The notes under the pieces were generated by a model, which ran no database searches, was not told the origin of the DNA, and saw nothing but the letters and a program-made list of their open reading frames with translations. The translations under genes and the position numbers were made by a program. From NCBI GenBank assembly GCA_951406725.2, contig OX597816.1, positions 156,488,001 through 156,552,000 on the forward strand: a stretch of DNA of 64,000 nucleotides, given 5' to 3'. Shown one piece after another: positions 13,575-29,247 of the stretch (position 1 is its first letter; every line of letters starts with the position of its first letter). The stretch comes from Octopus vulgaris. Taxonomy: Eukaryota.

Positions 13575-13913
13575 TATATGAATATGTGTGTGTGTGTATG
13601 TATGGACGTATGTATTTATGTATGTTTGTATGTATGTGTGAATAATAAAATGGATGACTGCTTATTAATCGTCTGCTAATGCGGAAACACAAAACTAGTA
13701 ACAATTCACTAATACCCAACTGTGATTTATTAAAAATTTACACATATTTACACAAAAACACAAACACACAATATCTGTCCAATTTCTTAGTTTTCGTAGA
13801 AGGATCATGGCCGAATGGAGATGAGGAGTGTTCCTGCATTACCTGGAAGAAAGGTTCATTTCCTATCCATTGTATGTTTAGTATACCTGTTTTATTATGG
13901 CCTCAGTCTTTGA

Positions 13914-14128
13914 AGGCGGTGAGCAGGCAGAATAGTTACACGCCGGGTGAAATGCTTAAGGGAATTTTGTCTGTGTCTACGTCCTGAGTTCAAATTACAC
14001 TCAGATCGACTTGGCCCTTCATTCTTTCAGTGTCGATAAATTAAATACCAGTTGAGTACTAGTGTCGATGTAATCGACTCAACCCGTCCCCCAAAATTTC
14101 AGGCGTTATCCCTATAGCATAAAGATTA
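13914..14128 (+). mobile_element. SINE family A copy
   Basis: ggcggtgagcaggcagaatagtta...gagttcaaatt...tcgataaattaaataccagtt. Confidence 0.75.
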
Positions 14129-15306
14129 CTGCGTCAGTCTTACCTATCCACATATAAGCATGACTGGGTCAACTAAAACTGTGTGTAAGATCTTCGAATG
14201 GCTTACATCTAGAATACAAAGCTACAGCCTTGTCACACATTGTGAAATATTGCAGCTAGTTGATGAGGAACTGTAAGAGATCTGTCCCGGGTAACGCTTT
14301 CTTGGGTGTGGAAATTCTGGGTCTTCTATATAAGCTTATATAGGCTTGAGTGTAAGGGGGGCAGCAAACCCAAGTGCTGCCTCGGTGGCACTCTATCTAC
14401 GCCGTTGACATTGCGTCACATTAATTCTAGGCTTCAGATTGTACTAATAGTACACATACCTGCAGATTACTCAACCACAAACACTCTTACTCCGTGAAGC
14501 ATATACTTAGTTACTCGAAAAACTGAATCATCATCGCTGAAAAAGGTGGAGATCCATTTATTTCTTCTTTACCAATTGACGCTAGCTTTCTTTTGCATAA
14601 CCATGTTTCATCATCTCTTACTCAACATTTCATCCAATTTCACCCTTTCCACTCCCCTCCGCTATTTCTTCACATCTTTCAAAATCTATTTTGTTCTTTA
14701 CAGTTCTCTGTATCTTCACTAAATATATTTATATTTGTCTTTCTCATACACACACACATACACATATACACACACATAAATACATACTACACACACACAC
14801 ACACATATACACATACATATCAAAATTCTCTACCTACCCTCTATCATCCTCCCCTTTTTCTCTCTCTTAATCTCTCTAACATACTTTCTTTCAACTAACG
14901 CTTTTATCTTTCCCATTATTTTCGCCCACCTTCCTGTCTCTATATTTATTTCATATCCTTCCTCCGAATTGTTGTCCTTCTGCTCCATCTTTCCACATTC
15001 TGCTCTCCTTCCTCATACCCTTGTTCGTCTTCCTCTGTCTTTACCTCTGCCACAACCACCTCGTTCTCATCCTCCTCCTCCTCACGTCATCATCGTCGTC
15101 ATTATCATCATCATAATCACCATCACCTCTCCCTTTATATGAACATACATACAAATGTGTTCGTGTGTTTTTATACATATGCATACACACACACACACAC
15201 ACATGCAAACACACACATACATGTGTATGTATGTGTGAGTATGTATATATGTATATAATATACATACATATAATTATATAAATATGTATATAATACACAC
15301 ACACAT

Positions 15307-15366
<60 letters not shown>

Positions 15367-16087
15367 TTATATGTGTGTGTGTGTATTTGTATGTATGTAT
15401 GTAGATAGATAGACAGAGTGATATTTCTCTCAATCTATATTTTAGATATCTACTCCAGTCTCCTTTTGTATATGTATATGTTTTTTATCACACTAGCTTT
15501 TTGTTCTTCCTACATACCCAATATCTCCCACTCTCTCTCCCCCTCTCTCTCATCTATTCATATCCCTCTTTCTTCTATCTTTAGCTAAACCTCTCTCTAT
15601 ATCTCTCTCCCTCTCTTACCTATTCTCAATCAACTTTCTGACATCCTTATCATCTCAATCTATTCAATTGAAGCCATCGATCTATTTTCTGCTGCCAGTT
15701 CCGTATACCTGTATAGTCGGGATATACAGTAAGGGAATTTAATGAGACAGGTAGTCAGGAATTGCTTATTCCCAGTGCTTTCATAGTTCACCCAGGTTAG
15801 CAGCTATCTATAGAAGAAGTTATCCAGGTAACTATGGAAATCGATCAATATGACTGTATTCTCCACTAACCTAACATAATCACCCCTCACCCCATACATT
15901 ACAAACACATACACACTCACCCTCTCTCTCTCTCTCTCTCTCTCTCTGTGATTCTCTCACTTTGCTTCTCTCTATCTCTTTCTCTTTCACTCTGTGTTAC
16001 TCCTCTCTCTCTCTCTCTCTCTCTCTCTATGTATGTATGTATGTATGTATCTATCTATCCATCTAGCTACTTTTCTTCTTATGTATA

Positions 16088-16148
<61 letters not shown>

Positions 16149-16829
16149 GTATCTATTTTTCTCTCTACTCATTATGTATTAATTGATTTCCGAGGAGTCG
16201 TAATTGACCGAAGAGTATAGTAGCAGACCGTATCAATAGTGTTGATTTTTGTTATTATTGTTGATGCTTACTCTCACATCAGCTCTGATTAGCAAAAAAA
16301 AAACAATTAAATTATAGAAAAAAGTATTCCAGACACGACCATCCTGTCTATTTTTCTCTCTTTGTCAATTGCACACACACACACACACACACACACAAGC
16401 ACACAAACACACATTGTGAAGCTCTTCTGCTTAATTTAATCATAACGGCGAATTTCATGCTGCAGTATCACATGTTTCCAGGTTTTTTCAAGACGCTGGA
16501 GTGTGACTCGTGAGGAGAGTTGTTGCTATTTCTAGCTGTTCGGGTAACTATCAAAGCTGGTTGTCGTATGAGTTCGTCTTCAGTCATTGACAATACACTT
16601 TTGTGTATAATTTATACTTTTCCTTTTGACGCCTTCGATGAAGATCTGAAGAGTTTAGGGAGCCCTTGAATGCTATTGAAACAAAGCTTCAATTTCTTTC
16701 GGGTTCATTTCCACCCCAGGAAAAGTGATAACAGTGCGACACATAAATAGACATCAATGCATGCGAACACACTCACCCCACTCCACATATACACACATAT
16801 GCATGCCAGCCAATAAGTGGCCTCTGGAT

Positions 16830-17800
16830 CCGGGGTTAGCTTGCCAAGACTCTTTCCATTTCTTTCTGTGTCCTGCTCTATACAATCAGTCAGCCATACC
16901 CTTGTTTTCGGTCCATTCTTTCAAATCATCTGTGCACAAACATCTTTGAGCATCCCTTACTCTCTTTCCCGCAAAATGCTCGCAAGGATGTTCAAAGACA
17001 GTTACTCGTGGCGATTTTTGTTATGCACAAAATAAAATAGTTTAGTGGAATTGATTCTCGAAACGATGTCGTTTTGAACTTTCAGCTTTTCTACTACAGC
17101 AGCCTTTGTTACCTGGTCTTCCCACTTTATTCTATCGAATCTGCAAAAGATTCATATCTCAAATGCTTCTATCTTCTTTTCTATTGCTATCTACACTGTC
17201 CAAGCTTCTGCTTTGTGGAGAGCAACTGGTGTACTATAACAGTTTACTCGTTTCAATTTTAAGTCCTGTGTTACATGTTTAGATGTGAAGACCATTGCCA
17301 TTCTTGTTTTATCAACCTCATTTATTTCTTCATCTACGTCTACTACACAGCAACCTTACTGATTTACTTTTCATCATAAATACTTGAAAATTTTGCATGT
17401 TTAAGCTTCTATCCATCTACCTTTAAATTTGTTTCCTTTTGTTTTGTTTTACTAGTAAGCACCGTTTTTGTCTGTATTACATTTGTCACTTTGCTCTCTC
17501 AAAACATCAACAATTTCTTATAATTTCTCATTGGTGTCTACGAGTAAAGCCCTATCATCAGAGTATTGTTAAAGTTCATGCCATTGACCGTGAATCTTTC
17601 TGTGAATTTATGCTTCGTATAGATATCAAATGAGTATGGTAATAACACATATGTTTGCTTTATACCTCTTTTGATTCCTGCTGGTTCTAACAATTCCTAA
17701 CTCAGGTTGCTTTTCCAGTCCAGTATAAATCACAGTTGACACTCTTTTCTTTTGCTTCAAAACTAACTTTTTCTATCGGTCTGTTTTGCCAAACCATTAT
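16830..17800 (-). mobile_element. Old RTE-like LINE RT fragment
   Basis: Minus strand shows a YADD-like SDDRALL at ~17540-17561, a KYL motif and a C-terminal RERVRDAQR...DDLKEWT. Heavily disrupted. Confidence 0.45.
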
Positions 17801-18551
17801 CTCAAGGAGACGTAAACAAAAATAACAAAAATCGTTAGTAGTCGAGCCGTTGGAGACTGGATAACATCAAAAACAAAGACACGCGCGCGTGGGGGTATAT
17901 TATATACACAGTCACCTTATTCCAAATGTACTCATTATGTATTGGTCGGCGTAGAGCTATTGTAAAAGGCATTTGTCTATACTGCTGTGTAGTGCGACTG
18001 AACCCGAAATCACACTGTGGTAAAGTGAGCTTCTTAACCCCACAGCCATTTTTGTACCTCAACAATTCAACGACTCTTTTAGTAGAGTAACTTCTCTCTG
18101 CAAACACGTTAAGAGACGAGAAAGCAAAAAACTGACAATGTAAATTCATGTAAAAAAGTTCAATATAATTATCAAAGACGTCGCGTTCTGTGTCTCCCTT
18201 TATCTGTATTCTTTTATTTCCTGTCTTTACTGTTAATTTCTCTTGCACAGTCGACAAACATGCATATAAATAATCATATGCATAATAACAAATGCAATCG
18301 CCCCGTAGAATTAACTTTACGTTGCTAATCTTCAACATTAAAATTTAAATTGAATAATTCCACCAACATTTGTTGTCCATTCGGTCAAACCATAATCCAA
18401 GTCTCTCATGTTAAGCGGATTGGAATCAAAACTTCATCTTCACATGGTGCTTAATGTTGTTAAGAATTATATACAGCATTGCAGGCCGCCGTTATCGCTC
18501 TTTAATACCACAAACAAACAGTGTAAACAGATGGTACACATTTACAGCAAG

Positions 18552-18615
<64 letters not shown>

Positions 18616-18618
<3 letters not shown>

Positions 18619-18686
18619 CGTCCAATAATACTATATTTGTTTCACGTCCTCGCGTTGTTGTGATTTTTGTGCTTTCTTGTTTCGAT

Positions 18687-18690
<4 letters not shown>
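18616..18690 (+). mobile_element. 75-bp 3' tail of an HHR-bearing element inserted within (TA)n
   Basis: gagcgtccaataatactatatttg...gattaac matches the reverse complement of 40315-40393, with (TA)n on both sides. Confidence 0.75.
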
Positions 18691-18736
<46 letters not shown>

Positions 18737-19249
18737 GTATGTATGTATGTATGTATGTATGTATGCATATACATATATACATGCATAAATGTTTCTATGT
18801 ATGTATGTGTGTGCGTGTGCGGATAGAACTACAAATGTATATATATTTCTCATTTGAATGAAAATTTGCACCCACACGGGTATAATCTTTCTTTTACATT
18901 GAAAACGTATTGTCAAACGTATTGTCATTGAAAACGTATTGTAATACAAACATCCTTCCTTTTTCTTATGCCTAAAGTAATAAGTCTTTAGTTACGAGAA
19001 AAGAAGACTAACGAGGAGCGAAGTGTCACAAACTGAACCATTTCTGTGTATTTCAAGAATTTGCTTTCGGAAGCTATTCGACAATCCGTTGCACACGTTT
19101 TCATTGCGTTCCTTCATTACATAACAGATGAGTTATGAAACAATGGAGGACACTCTTCGTATTTGTTTCACGTACAGGAAATAACAATCAGAACTCTCTT
19201 CAAAGAATTCAACAATGCTTAATTGTGTGTGTATGTGTGTGCTTGTGTG

Positions 19250-19324
<75 letters not shown>

Positions 19325-19328
19325 TTGT

Positions 19329-19557
19329 GCGGTGAGCTGGCAGAAACGTTAGCACGTCGGACGAAATGCGTAGCCGTATTTCGTCTGCCGTTACGTTTTG
19401 AGTTCAAATTCCGCCGAGGTCGACTTTGCCTTTCATCCTTTCGGGGGCGATAAATTAAGTACCAGTTACGCACTGGGGTCGATATAATCGACTTAATCCT
19501 TTTGTCTGTCCTTGTTTGTCCCCTCTGTGTTTAGCCCCTTGTGGGTAGTAAAGAAAT
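19329..19557 (+). mobile_element. SINE family A copy
   Basis: gcggtgagctggcagaaacgttagcacg...gagttcaaattccgccgaggtcgactttgcctttcatcctttcggg. Confidence 0.85.
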
Positions 19558-20340
19558 ATATATGTTTGTGCATGTGTGTGCATGTGTGTGTGTGAGCGTG
19601 CGTGCGTGCATAAATATGTATATATGTAAACTAATGGGCCACGCATGAGTACTTTTGGTCATAAGTTTTCTGAAATAGGACAAACAATGGGCCCGCAATA
19701 AATACCTTGATAAAAATATGTGGAATGCCTAAACTAATTGGACAAATTAAAATCCTTGCAGTGCTTCCTTTCCACTTTCTAGGTTCCGAGGTCCCATTTT
19801 ACCTCTAACCTAAAGTCTTTATGACTTTGGATTAGATTATACAGTTACTAATGCTATACAGGAGGAGATATCCTTTAAGCTTTTCTAGCTTTGTTTCACT
19901 TCAAGACATCCAGTGAAATGCGAAAGTCAATTGTCAGTTGAGACAATACGATATGGTCAGTGAATTTCAGACAGAAATTTGATAAGCAATATGGACGAGG
20001 TGGAGTTATCCGCCCCTAGATATGATCCAATGGTCTCTAAAACAGGTCAGCGTATAATCAGCTTATATTCATTTCTTTATTTTTTTATTCATTTACTTGT
20101 TTCAGTCATTTTATTGCGGAAATACTGAAGAACACCGTCTTAAAGAAATCGACCCAAGATCTTATTCTTTGTAAGCTTAGTTACTATTTACGAACCGCTA
20201 GGTTTACGGAGACGTAAACGCAGACAGACACAGACACATATGCACAAATATATAGATAAATATATATATATATCAAGGGTATGAGAGGTACTGGTGTCAA
20301 GAAGACCCAAAGGTGTCTAGTAACGCTGAGTAAGTGCTAT

Positions 20341-20380
<40 letters not shown>

Positions 20381-20643
20381 CAGAACAAGATTAAAATGTT
20401 CTAGAAACTATTCACAGCCTTGGATTTATTACCTCATTCTGCTAATTTATATATATGTGGCGGGTTTCTTTCAGTTCAGTCTCCGTGTACAAAACCAAGT
20501 CACAAGGCTTTGGTCGGCTAGAGGCTATAGTAGAAAACACTTGACTGAACTAGGAACCATGTGGTTGGGAAGCAAGTGTCTTACACACAGCAATGCCTGC
20601 GCTTATATTTGTGTGTATGTGTGTGTTTGATCGTGTGTATATA

Positions 20644-20702
<59 letters not shown>

Positions 20703-21319
20703 GTGTCTAAGTGTGTCTATGTAAAACAAAGAGAGAGAGGGGAGAGAGAGGGAGAGAGAAATGACAAGAAAAAGACAATGGATGTAGAAAAGGTGATGGT
20801 AACTTAGTTTAGGGCCTCTGAACAGAAGTCAAATTGCATCACTTTTAATGGTAATATTTTTAAATGTCCCATATTTCTACCACTAAAAATAATACCTCCG
20901 TATCAGCTGCTCACTTCCAAAACCTAATATATATAGTTTAAGATCCGTCGCTTTTATGCTATTATTAATCTCATGGAAGAAGAATAAGCAGTCCATATGA
21001 GAATTATCAACGCTCGGAATTGTTGATTGCCAGAGGGGTAGAACATTATCAAACACCTTGTAGTTTAGCCTTAAGTCAATACATTTCTATCATTTGAAGA
21101 CTATACTACGTGAGGTATCCATCTCTTTTCTTAAGGCAGTGAGATATAAAAAAGGAGATATCGTTGATTTCTCTACCAGAGCGAGCGTCCAACTAGAGAA
21201 TCGTGGGCAAAACATAGTTGCAAAGCCTGATAGAAGATAAATATTCCATATCTCTCCAGTATAGTTAAACCATTGAAAGCGAGGAATAAATATATTATTT
21301 GCAAATATTTATCATATGT

Positions 21320-21371
<52 letters not shown>

Positions 21372-22284
21372 TAGAGAAAGCGAGTGAGAGAAATTTCGAG
21401 ATTGAGGAAGTGAGTGAAAGTGTGAGAGAGACAGAAAGAGAGGTGAGAGAGAGAGAGAGATAGAGAGAGAGAGAAAGGGAGACATGCAACTGTGGAATCT
21501 CCAGACTGACAGTTTTAGAGAGCGGGAGACAGAGAGAGAGTGAGGGAAAGAAAGAGAGAAGAGAGAGAGAGTGAAGAAAGTGAAGAAAGTGAAAGAGAGA
21601 GAGAGAGAGGGATGCAACTGTGGAATCCTCAGAATGAATTTTAGAGAGCGAGAGACAGAGAGACGTTTGGAAATTGGGGGAGTGAGGGAAAGGGAGAGAG
21701 AGAATAGGGAGAGAAATAGGGAGTGAAAACGAGAGAGAGAGAGAGATGCAAGTGTGGAATCTTCAGAATGACAGTTTTATTATTATTGTTACATCTTCTA
21801 AAATTTACAATATGTTCCCACTCCCTTTTCGAAGCTAATTTATGCAACTAACGATAAATTTCCCACCAGACATTTTCTGAAAACTAAGCACTTATTTAGC
21901 ATTACGAATAATAGTGCATTAATCTGTATATGACCTCATTCTAGAAAGCTCTGATTTAAAGCTTCAACTAAGCTATTTGCCAAGAGAGATCTGACATTAT
22001 TTAGATGTTTATCAGGAAATTATTGCTCCATTTGCCAATGTATATTCTTTTTAGAAACCTTTTAAATCAAAAACTATAGATATTTTCTCACACCTAAACT
22101 ATCTCAAACATGCAAAATACTTACATATATACATATATATATATATACATAGTGCATACATACATACATACATACATACATACATACATACATACACACA
22201 TACATAAATGCATACATACATATATACATACATGCATACATATATAGTCATACACACACGTGTAAATATATACATAAATATATG

Positions 22285-22484
<200 letters not shown>

Positions 22485-22644
22485 GATATAAAGTACAAGT
22501 TATTCGTGATCAGAGCTATTCGAAAACCAAGATACTAATGTATATGCATATTGTACAAATATGTATGTTTATATATATATATGCATATATATATGCATAT
22601 ATATATGCGTATATATATACATATATATGTGCATATATATGTGC

Positions 22645-22697
<53 letters not shown>

Positions 22698-22699
22698 AG

Positions 22700-24802
22700 T
22701 ATCATGATCACCATCATCTTCATCGTTCGACGTCCGCCTTCCATGCTGACATGGTTTGGACGGCTTAACAGAAGCCGGTCATGTAGGATACTACACCAAA
22801 CTACTCTGTCTCTTTTGGCACGTTTCTTTTACGGGTGGATGCCCTTCCTAACACCAATCATCCCGCAAAGTGAACTGAGTGCTTTTTACGTGACACCTTA
22901 GCGGGGTAAATTTTCTACAGCTGGATACTCTTCCAAATGCCAAATATCAACCATTCCACAGTATGGGCTGGATGACTTCTAAGTGGCACCAGCAATGGCA
23001 GGGTCACCAAGTAACTTGTATGACAAGTAATTTGTATATCAAGGAATTGTGAGAGAGTTGGGGCTATTGGATGAGATGATCTTATGTCAGCTGATGAAAG
23101 GTTAGAGTGTGACAGAGAGCTTGAGAGAAGCAGAAATGGGTGTCTTGATATAGAGGAGGTACATGGTTATCCGGCCAGAAAGAGAGAAAGGGGGAGAAGG
23201 AGAGGGTGGTAGGAAGGGAGAGGAAGAGAGAAGAGGAGATAAAGAGAGAGGAAGAGAGAGATAGGGAAAGAGAGATTAAGGGAAGGAGAGGTAATAAGAA
23301 AGAGGAAAGGAGTCGGTGTGCTGATATAAAGGAGGTACTTGGTGACCTTTCAAGAGGGAAGAGCAAGAGATGGAGAGAGAAAGTGGTGAAGAAAATAGGG
23401 CAGAAACAGGTGTGCTGCTGTAGAGGAGATACATGGCTATCCAGCCAGAGAAAAGAGAGAGAGGGAAAAGAGAGCGAGTGGGAGACAGCAAGAGGGCAAG
23501 AGAGACGGTGGTGAAGTGTCAGAGTATACTCACAAGCAACTGGGATCAGAGCATCGATGGAATGGTAGAGTAAAGAAGAGAGAGAGATAAATAGTGGCAA
23601 TTTCCATGGCATGACTTCAAGGTACGAATGTCATAATATACGTGTTCGGGCATTGGTAAGAAGGCATCAGTAGGGAGTGGAAGTGGGTAGTGCAGTCACT
23701 GGGGAGGACGTGGGTATAAAGAGTAGGTGGGTAAGTATCGATACAGTGAGCAGGGCAGTGATAGCAGGGATGGTGAGTGGGAGATAATTATAGTGTATGA
23801 AGAAGAAATATGAGGAAGAAGAAGATACAGTTTAGAAGAGGTGCAGTTTGGTTTCTGGGGGTAGAGGCTGTGAAAAATATTATTGTTTAACTTTTCTCTC
23901 AACACATATGCATTTTGTCATTCATGCACATTGACGCTGAACTTGCAGCGGAGCATGCTGCCTTCATTCCTCTGTAGTCTACGCATTCAGAGCCCAGGTC
24001 TCACCACCATGGAGTATAGCCGTTCGTACACAAACATCATATATCTACATTTCCCTCTGTGAAGGAGTCCTTTTGTTGCCAACATAGGTACTAGCTCTCT
24101 GAAATTCCTCCATACTATTCTTATTCTAGAAACAACACAACCAGAATATCCACCCTCGTTACTAATTAGGTCATCTAAGTAGCAGAAACTATTTAGTACC
24201 TCAATAGAGTCATAGAAACTTGGGCCATTTACCAGACAGAGAGAGAGAGCCCTATCTGCTTTCTTGCTTAGAACAACTTTAGTCATTGCTAGGTTAACTA
24301 TAAGGCCCTTTGGTTCCAGGATTTGTTTCCATACTTGGAACTTATCCAATTCTGCTTGAAATTCTACAATAAGAGCGAGGTCGTCAGTATATAGCAGTTC
24401 TCATGGGCATCCATATGTAAATACTTCTGTTATAGCCTGGAAGACTATGATAATAAGAGTGGATTAAGAACTGATCCCTAGTGAATTCCTACTTTTAAGC
24501 TAAATTCATCACTGTATTCATAGCCGACTCTCACCTTACTGACAGTATCGCTGTATATGGATTGTAAGGCTTTAACAAGCCACCCCTCTACTTATAGCTT
24601 CCTTAGAGACCATCAGTTAACAGAGCAAAAAGTTCTGCTGAAAGCTTTCTCCAAGGCCGCGAAAGCTGAGTACAATGGTTTACTTTTGGCCAAATACTTT
24701 TCTATAGCTGTCTCACTAGGTAGATGGCACCTGTGGTAATCCTCCCAGAAACAAAACCAAACTGCTCCTCTAGTTTAATTCTATTCTTAATTATTTGAGT
24801 TA

Positions 24803-24846
<44 letters not shown>

Positions 24847-24900
24847 ACTCTGTAACTGGTCCAGCAGTTTGATATATCTGTAGTTGTTTCTAAGGCATCA
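22700..24900 (-). mobile_element. RTE-type LINE remnant (RT to 3' UTR) with internal GA-rich expansion
   Basis: ELLYTDDLAL at ~24375-24402 (YADD motif). ORF 23987-24349 KGLIVNLAMTKV...FCYLDDLI...RIRIVWRNFRELVPML. Tail at ~22705. Confidence 0.75.
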
Positions 24901-25000
24901 CCTTCACCTTTCTAACAGCTAACTATAATACTACTACACCAGTCCTGAGTAGTAAACTGATTAACTATGGGAGTGACTAGGCTTTATCCCACCCCACCGG

Positions 25001-25031
<31 letters not shown>

Positions 25032-25059
25032 ACATACATATACATATATATATATATAC

Positions 25060-25127
<68 letters not shown>

Positions 25128-25454
25128 AAATACCTCAAAGCAGGCGAGATAAGTCACCATGTAGCAGGTTCGGTTGGATATAAATATTTCACTGTTTCTG
25201 CAGGTCATCATCATCATCATCATCATCATCGTGAATTCGAAACGATGTAGAACAGCTGGTCAGAGGGATATATGCAAATAGTGTTGCATCTGCTTTCTGA
25301 TGTGCAGCAGCGACACACACATGAAACGAAATTCAGTTTGAGTTAAAAGCATTTCTAACCTGCTGATACTGATAATCAGCTCATAAATAAAACGCATACA
25401 TTACGTACGTGATGTCGGTAATGGTTTCATTATTGTTGGTGCTTATAATTCAAA

Positions 25455-25546
<92 letters not shown>

Positions 25547-25729
25547 GTGTGTATATATATATACATATATAGATGTATATATATATATGTGTATATATAT
25601 ATGTGTGTATATATATATATACATAAATATATGTATACATTTATGTAGGTCCCGGGTTGAGTCGGGGTTAACAACAGTAAATAAGGTACTCAATACATAG
25701 CAGAGTAAAGTAATTTATTTTATAGAAGG

Positions 25730-25780
25730 AGCTTCTAAAGGACTAAAACTGTTTCATTCAGTTGAAATCTTGAGGAAGTT
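25730..25780 (-). ncRNA. Hammerhead ribozyme, left arm, core mutated
   Basis: Minus strand aacttc-CTCAAGA-tttcaactgaat-GAAA-cagttttagtcctt-TA-gaagct. G5 changed to C; GAAA intact. Confidence 0.6.
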
Positions 25781-26257
25781 GGCTGTCAAAATAAGGTTTG
25801 GTATTTATACATTTAGGCAGATTTAATGGGATTGTGGTGGAGGACGTTTTTTGGGTAAGTTGGTATTTAGGAGATAAACAGGGCACAAGCTATTGTTCTT
25901 AGGGGAGTGGTCAGAAGGCCAGAGAGTTTTTTGAAATGAGATGAATCAGTGAGAAATAAATAAATGAATAAATAGAATAATTGAATAGAATGAGATATAT
26001 GGGATGGGGTTTTAGTTAAATTAGAAGACAATTGCTTTTTGGTGGTCAAGAGGAGGTAGTCAGTTTGTTATTGTTAAGTGGAGCGAAGAAATAGATAAAT
26101 ATACATGAAAAAACATATAAAATAAATATACATACAAACACACATACATACATATATATACATACATACGCACATATATATACATACAAACACATACATA
26201 CATATATACAAATATACATATACACACACACACATATATACAAAAATACATATACAT

Positions 26258-26304
<47 letters not shown>

Positions 26305-26370
26305 CATACATACACCTACATGCACGCACACACACGCGCACATATATATATACATATATATATACAAACA

Positions 26371-26421
<51 letters not shown>

Positions 26422-26781
26422 AAATGCACATATGCATACATACATAAATACCCACGTTCATATAAACATATACGTAATTATGCATATATAAACACATATA
26501 TAAATATACGTCTGTACACACAAACACACACATAAATATATGCACGCATATATAAACGCATATGCACATATAAAAACATATGTGCATATAAATATACATA
26601 CGCATATATAAGCATATATACGCATATAAATACATATATGCATACATAAATGCATACATGCATATACATACATACACACATATACATACATGCACATACA
26701 TACACATACATACACGTACATACATATACATATCTACACATATACACATATATATATACCCATAAAAAAATCTACAAGTCC

Positions 26782-26812
<31 letters not shown>

Positions 26813-27139
26813 CTTACATCCATACACAAATATGCAAGCATATGTATATATAAATACACATACGCATACATAAATATATACATGCATATACACATACATA
26901 CACATACACACACACATATATATATACATAAATACATACATGCATATATATATATACATATACACATATACATACATACATATAAATACACACACATGCA
27001 CATATATATATATATACATACATAAACATATACATATGTATATGCATACATATAAATATATACTCATGTACACACATACATACATAAATACATACCCACA
27101 CATACAAACATATGCATATATACATATATATATATACAG

Positions 27140-27172
<33 letters not shown>

Positions 27173-27410
27173 GATATATATATATATACATACATATATG
27201 CATACACATACACACGTATACACGCATACACATACATATGTACATATACATATGCACACACACACACACATACATATATGCACATATATACATATATGTG
27301 CACATATACACATGCATATATCTATATATATGTATATAGTCTTAGGAGAGAAGGTAATTGGGAGTGATGAAGGAACGGTGGGGGTGTGGGGTTTTGTGGG
27401 TGGGGTGTCG

Positions 27411-27773
27411 TCAATCGGGTGGCCGGGTGGATCTGTAATTTTTGTAGTTTGCATAGATTTTGTGCATACAGTTTGGGGAGTGTTCCGAGATCTTGTAGAG
27501 GAGAGGGCCTTTGGCGAATAAGATCTCAAAGCTCTCAGAAATGCAAAGGTCACAGCAGGTATGGCCTCCTGTGTAAGAACGCGCCCTCTGGAGTAGTCTC
27601 CACTTGATCTTGAAGGGGATGGAGTTCCTTTTAAGGTGCCAGATATGGGCGGCGAGAGTAGTCTGGTTAGATTTGTCAGGTCGCCGGAACGAATGTGTGT
27701 GGGCGTACCAGCGAGTCTTAAAACTATTTGAGGTCATTCCGATGTACGATTTTCTTTTATCATCGGGGCCTGA
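27411..27773 (-). pseudogene. PLE GIY-YIG endonuclease fragment, left arm
   Basis: SYIGMTSNSFKTRWYAHTHSF...TLAAHIWHLK...IKW...CDLCISE. Confidence 0.85.
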
Positions 27774-28168
27774 CTACTTGCCCCCTCAACAAAAACTGCC
27801 TACAGAAAGATCTCTTCTACATATGCGATGTACGATCAGGCCCCGATGATAAAATAAAATCGTACATCGGAATGACCTCAAATAGTTTTAAGACTCGCTG
27901 GTACGCCCACACACATTCGTTCCGGCGACCTGACAAATCTAACCAGAATACTCTCGCCGCCCATATCTGGCACCTTAAAAGGAACTCCATCCCCTTCAAG
28001 ATCAAGTGGAGACCACTCCAGAGAGCGCGTTCTTACACAGGAGGCCATACCTGCTGTGACCTTTGCATTTCTGAGAGCTTGGAGATCTTATTCGCCAAAG
28101 GCCCTCTCCTCAACAAGATCTCGGAACACTCCCCAAACTGTATGCACAAAATCTATGCAAACTACTAA
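27774..28168 (+). pseudogene. PLE GIY-YIG endonuclease fragment, right arm, uninterrupted frame
   Basis: CPLNKNCLQKDLFY...YIGMTSNSFKTRW...H...CDLCISE...LLNK...CMH has the YIG motif, conserved R, E and N, and Cys/His residues typical of PLE endonucleases. No RT upstream. Confidence 0.85.
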
Positions 28169-28421
28169 AATTACAGACCCACCCGGCCACCCGATTGACG
28201 ACACCCCACCCACAACCCCCCCACCCCCACCGTTCCTTCATCACTCCCAATTACCTTCTCTCCTAAGACTATATACATATATATATAGATATATGCATGT
28301 GTATATGTGCACATATATGTATATATGTGTGTGTGTGTGTGTGCATATGTATATGTACATATGTATGTGTATGCGTGTATACGTGTGTATGTGTATGTGT
28401 GTGCATATATGTATGTGTGTG

Positions 28422-28470
<49 letters not shown>

Positions 28471-29110
28471 GTATATATGCATATGTGTGTATGTGTGGGT
28501 ATGTATTTGTGTATGTATGTGTGTACATGAGTATGTATTTATATGTATGTATATACATATGTATATGTTTATGTATGTATATATATATATGTATATGTTT
28601 ATGTATGTATATATATACATGTGTGTGTATTTATATGTGTGTATGTATGTATATGTGTATATGTATATATGTATGTGTGTGTGTATGTGTATGTATGTGT
28701 ATATGCATGTATATATTTATGTATGCGTATGTGAAATATATATATATATATGGACTTGTAGATTTTTGTATGGGTATAGATATATGTGCATGTGTGTAGA
28801 TATGTATATATATGTACGTGTATGTATGTGTATGTATGTGCATGTATGTATATGTATGTATGCATGTATATGCATGTATACATTTATGTATGCATATATG
28901 TATTTATATGCGTATATATGCTTATATATGCGTATGTATATTTATATGCACATGTGTTTTTATATGTGCATATGCGTTTATATATGCGTGCATATATTTA
29001 TGTGTGTGTTTGTGTGTAGACGTATATTTATATATGTGTTTATATAAGCATAATTATGTATATGTTTAAATGAACGTGGGTATTTATGTATGTATGCATA
29101 TGTGTATTTG

Positions 29111-29154
<44 letters not shown>

Positions 29155-29188
29155 CGCGTGTGTGTGCGTGTATGTAGGTGTATGTATG

Positions 29189-29247
<59 letters not shown>

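Noticed and set aside
17835-18338. 167-aa ORF with RQMPFTIA...NKVTVY, faintly like the Helitron PIF1 RQFP motif
   Set aside because: The diagnostic TINKSQG motif is absent; cannot be supported without BLASTX or an HMM search.
26372-27553. 393-aa ORF and the many [12 protein letters not shown] ORFs across the window
   Set aside because: Stop-free translation of TA/CA/TG microsatellites, with no protein-like composition.
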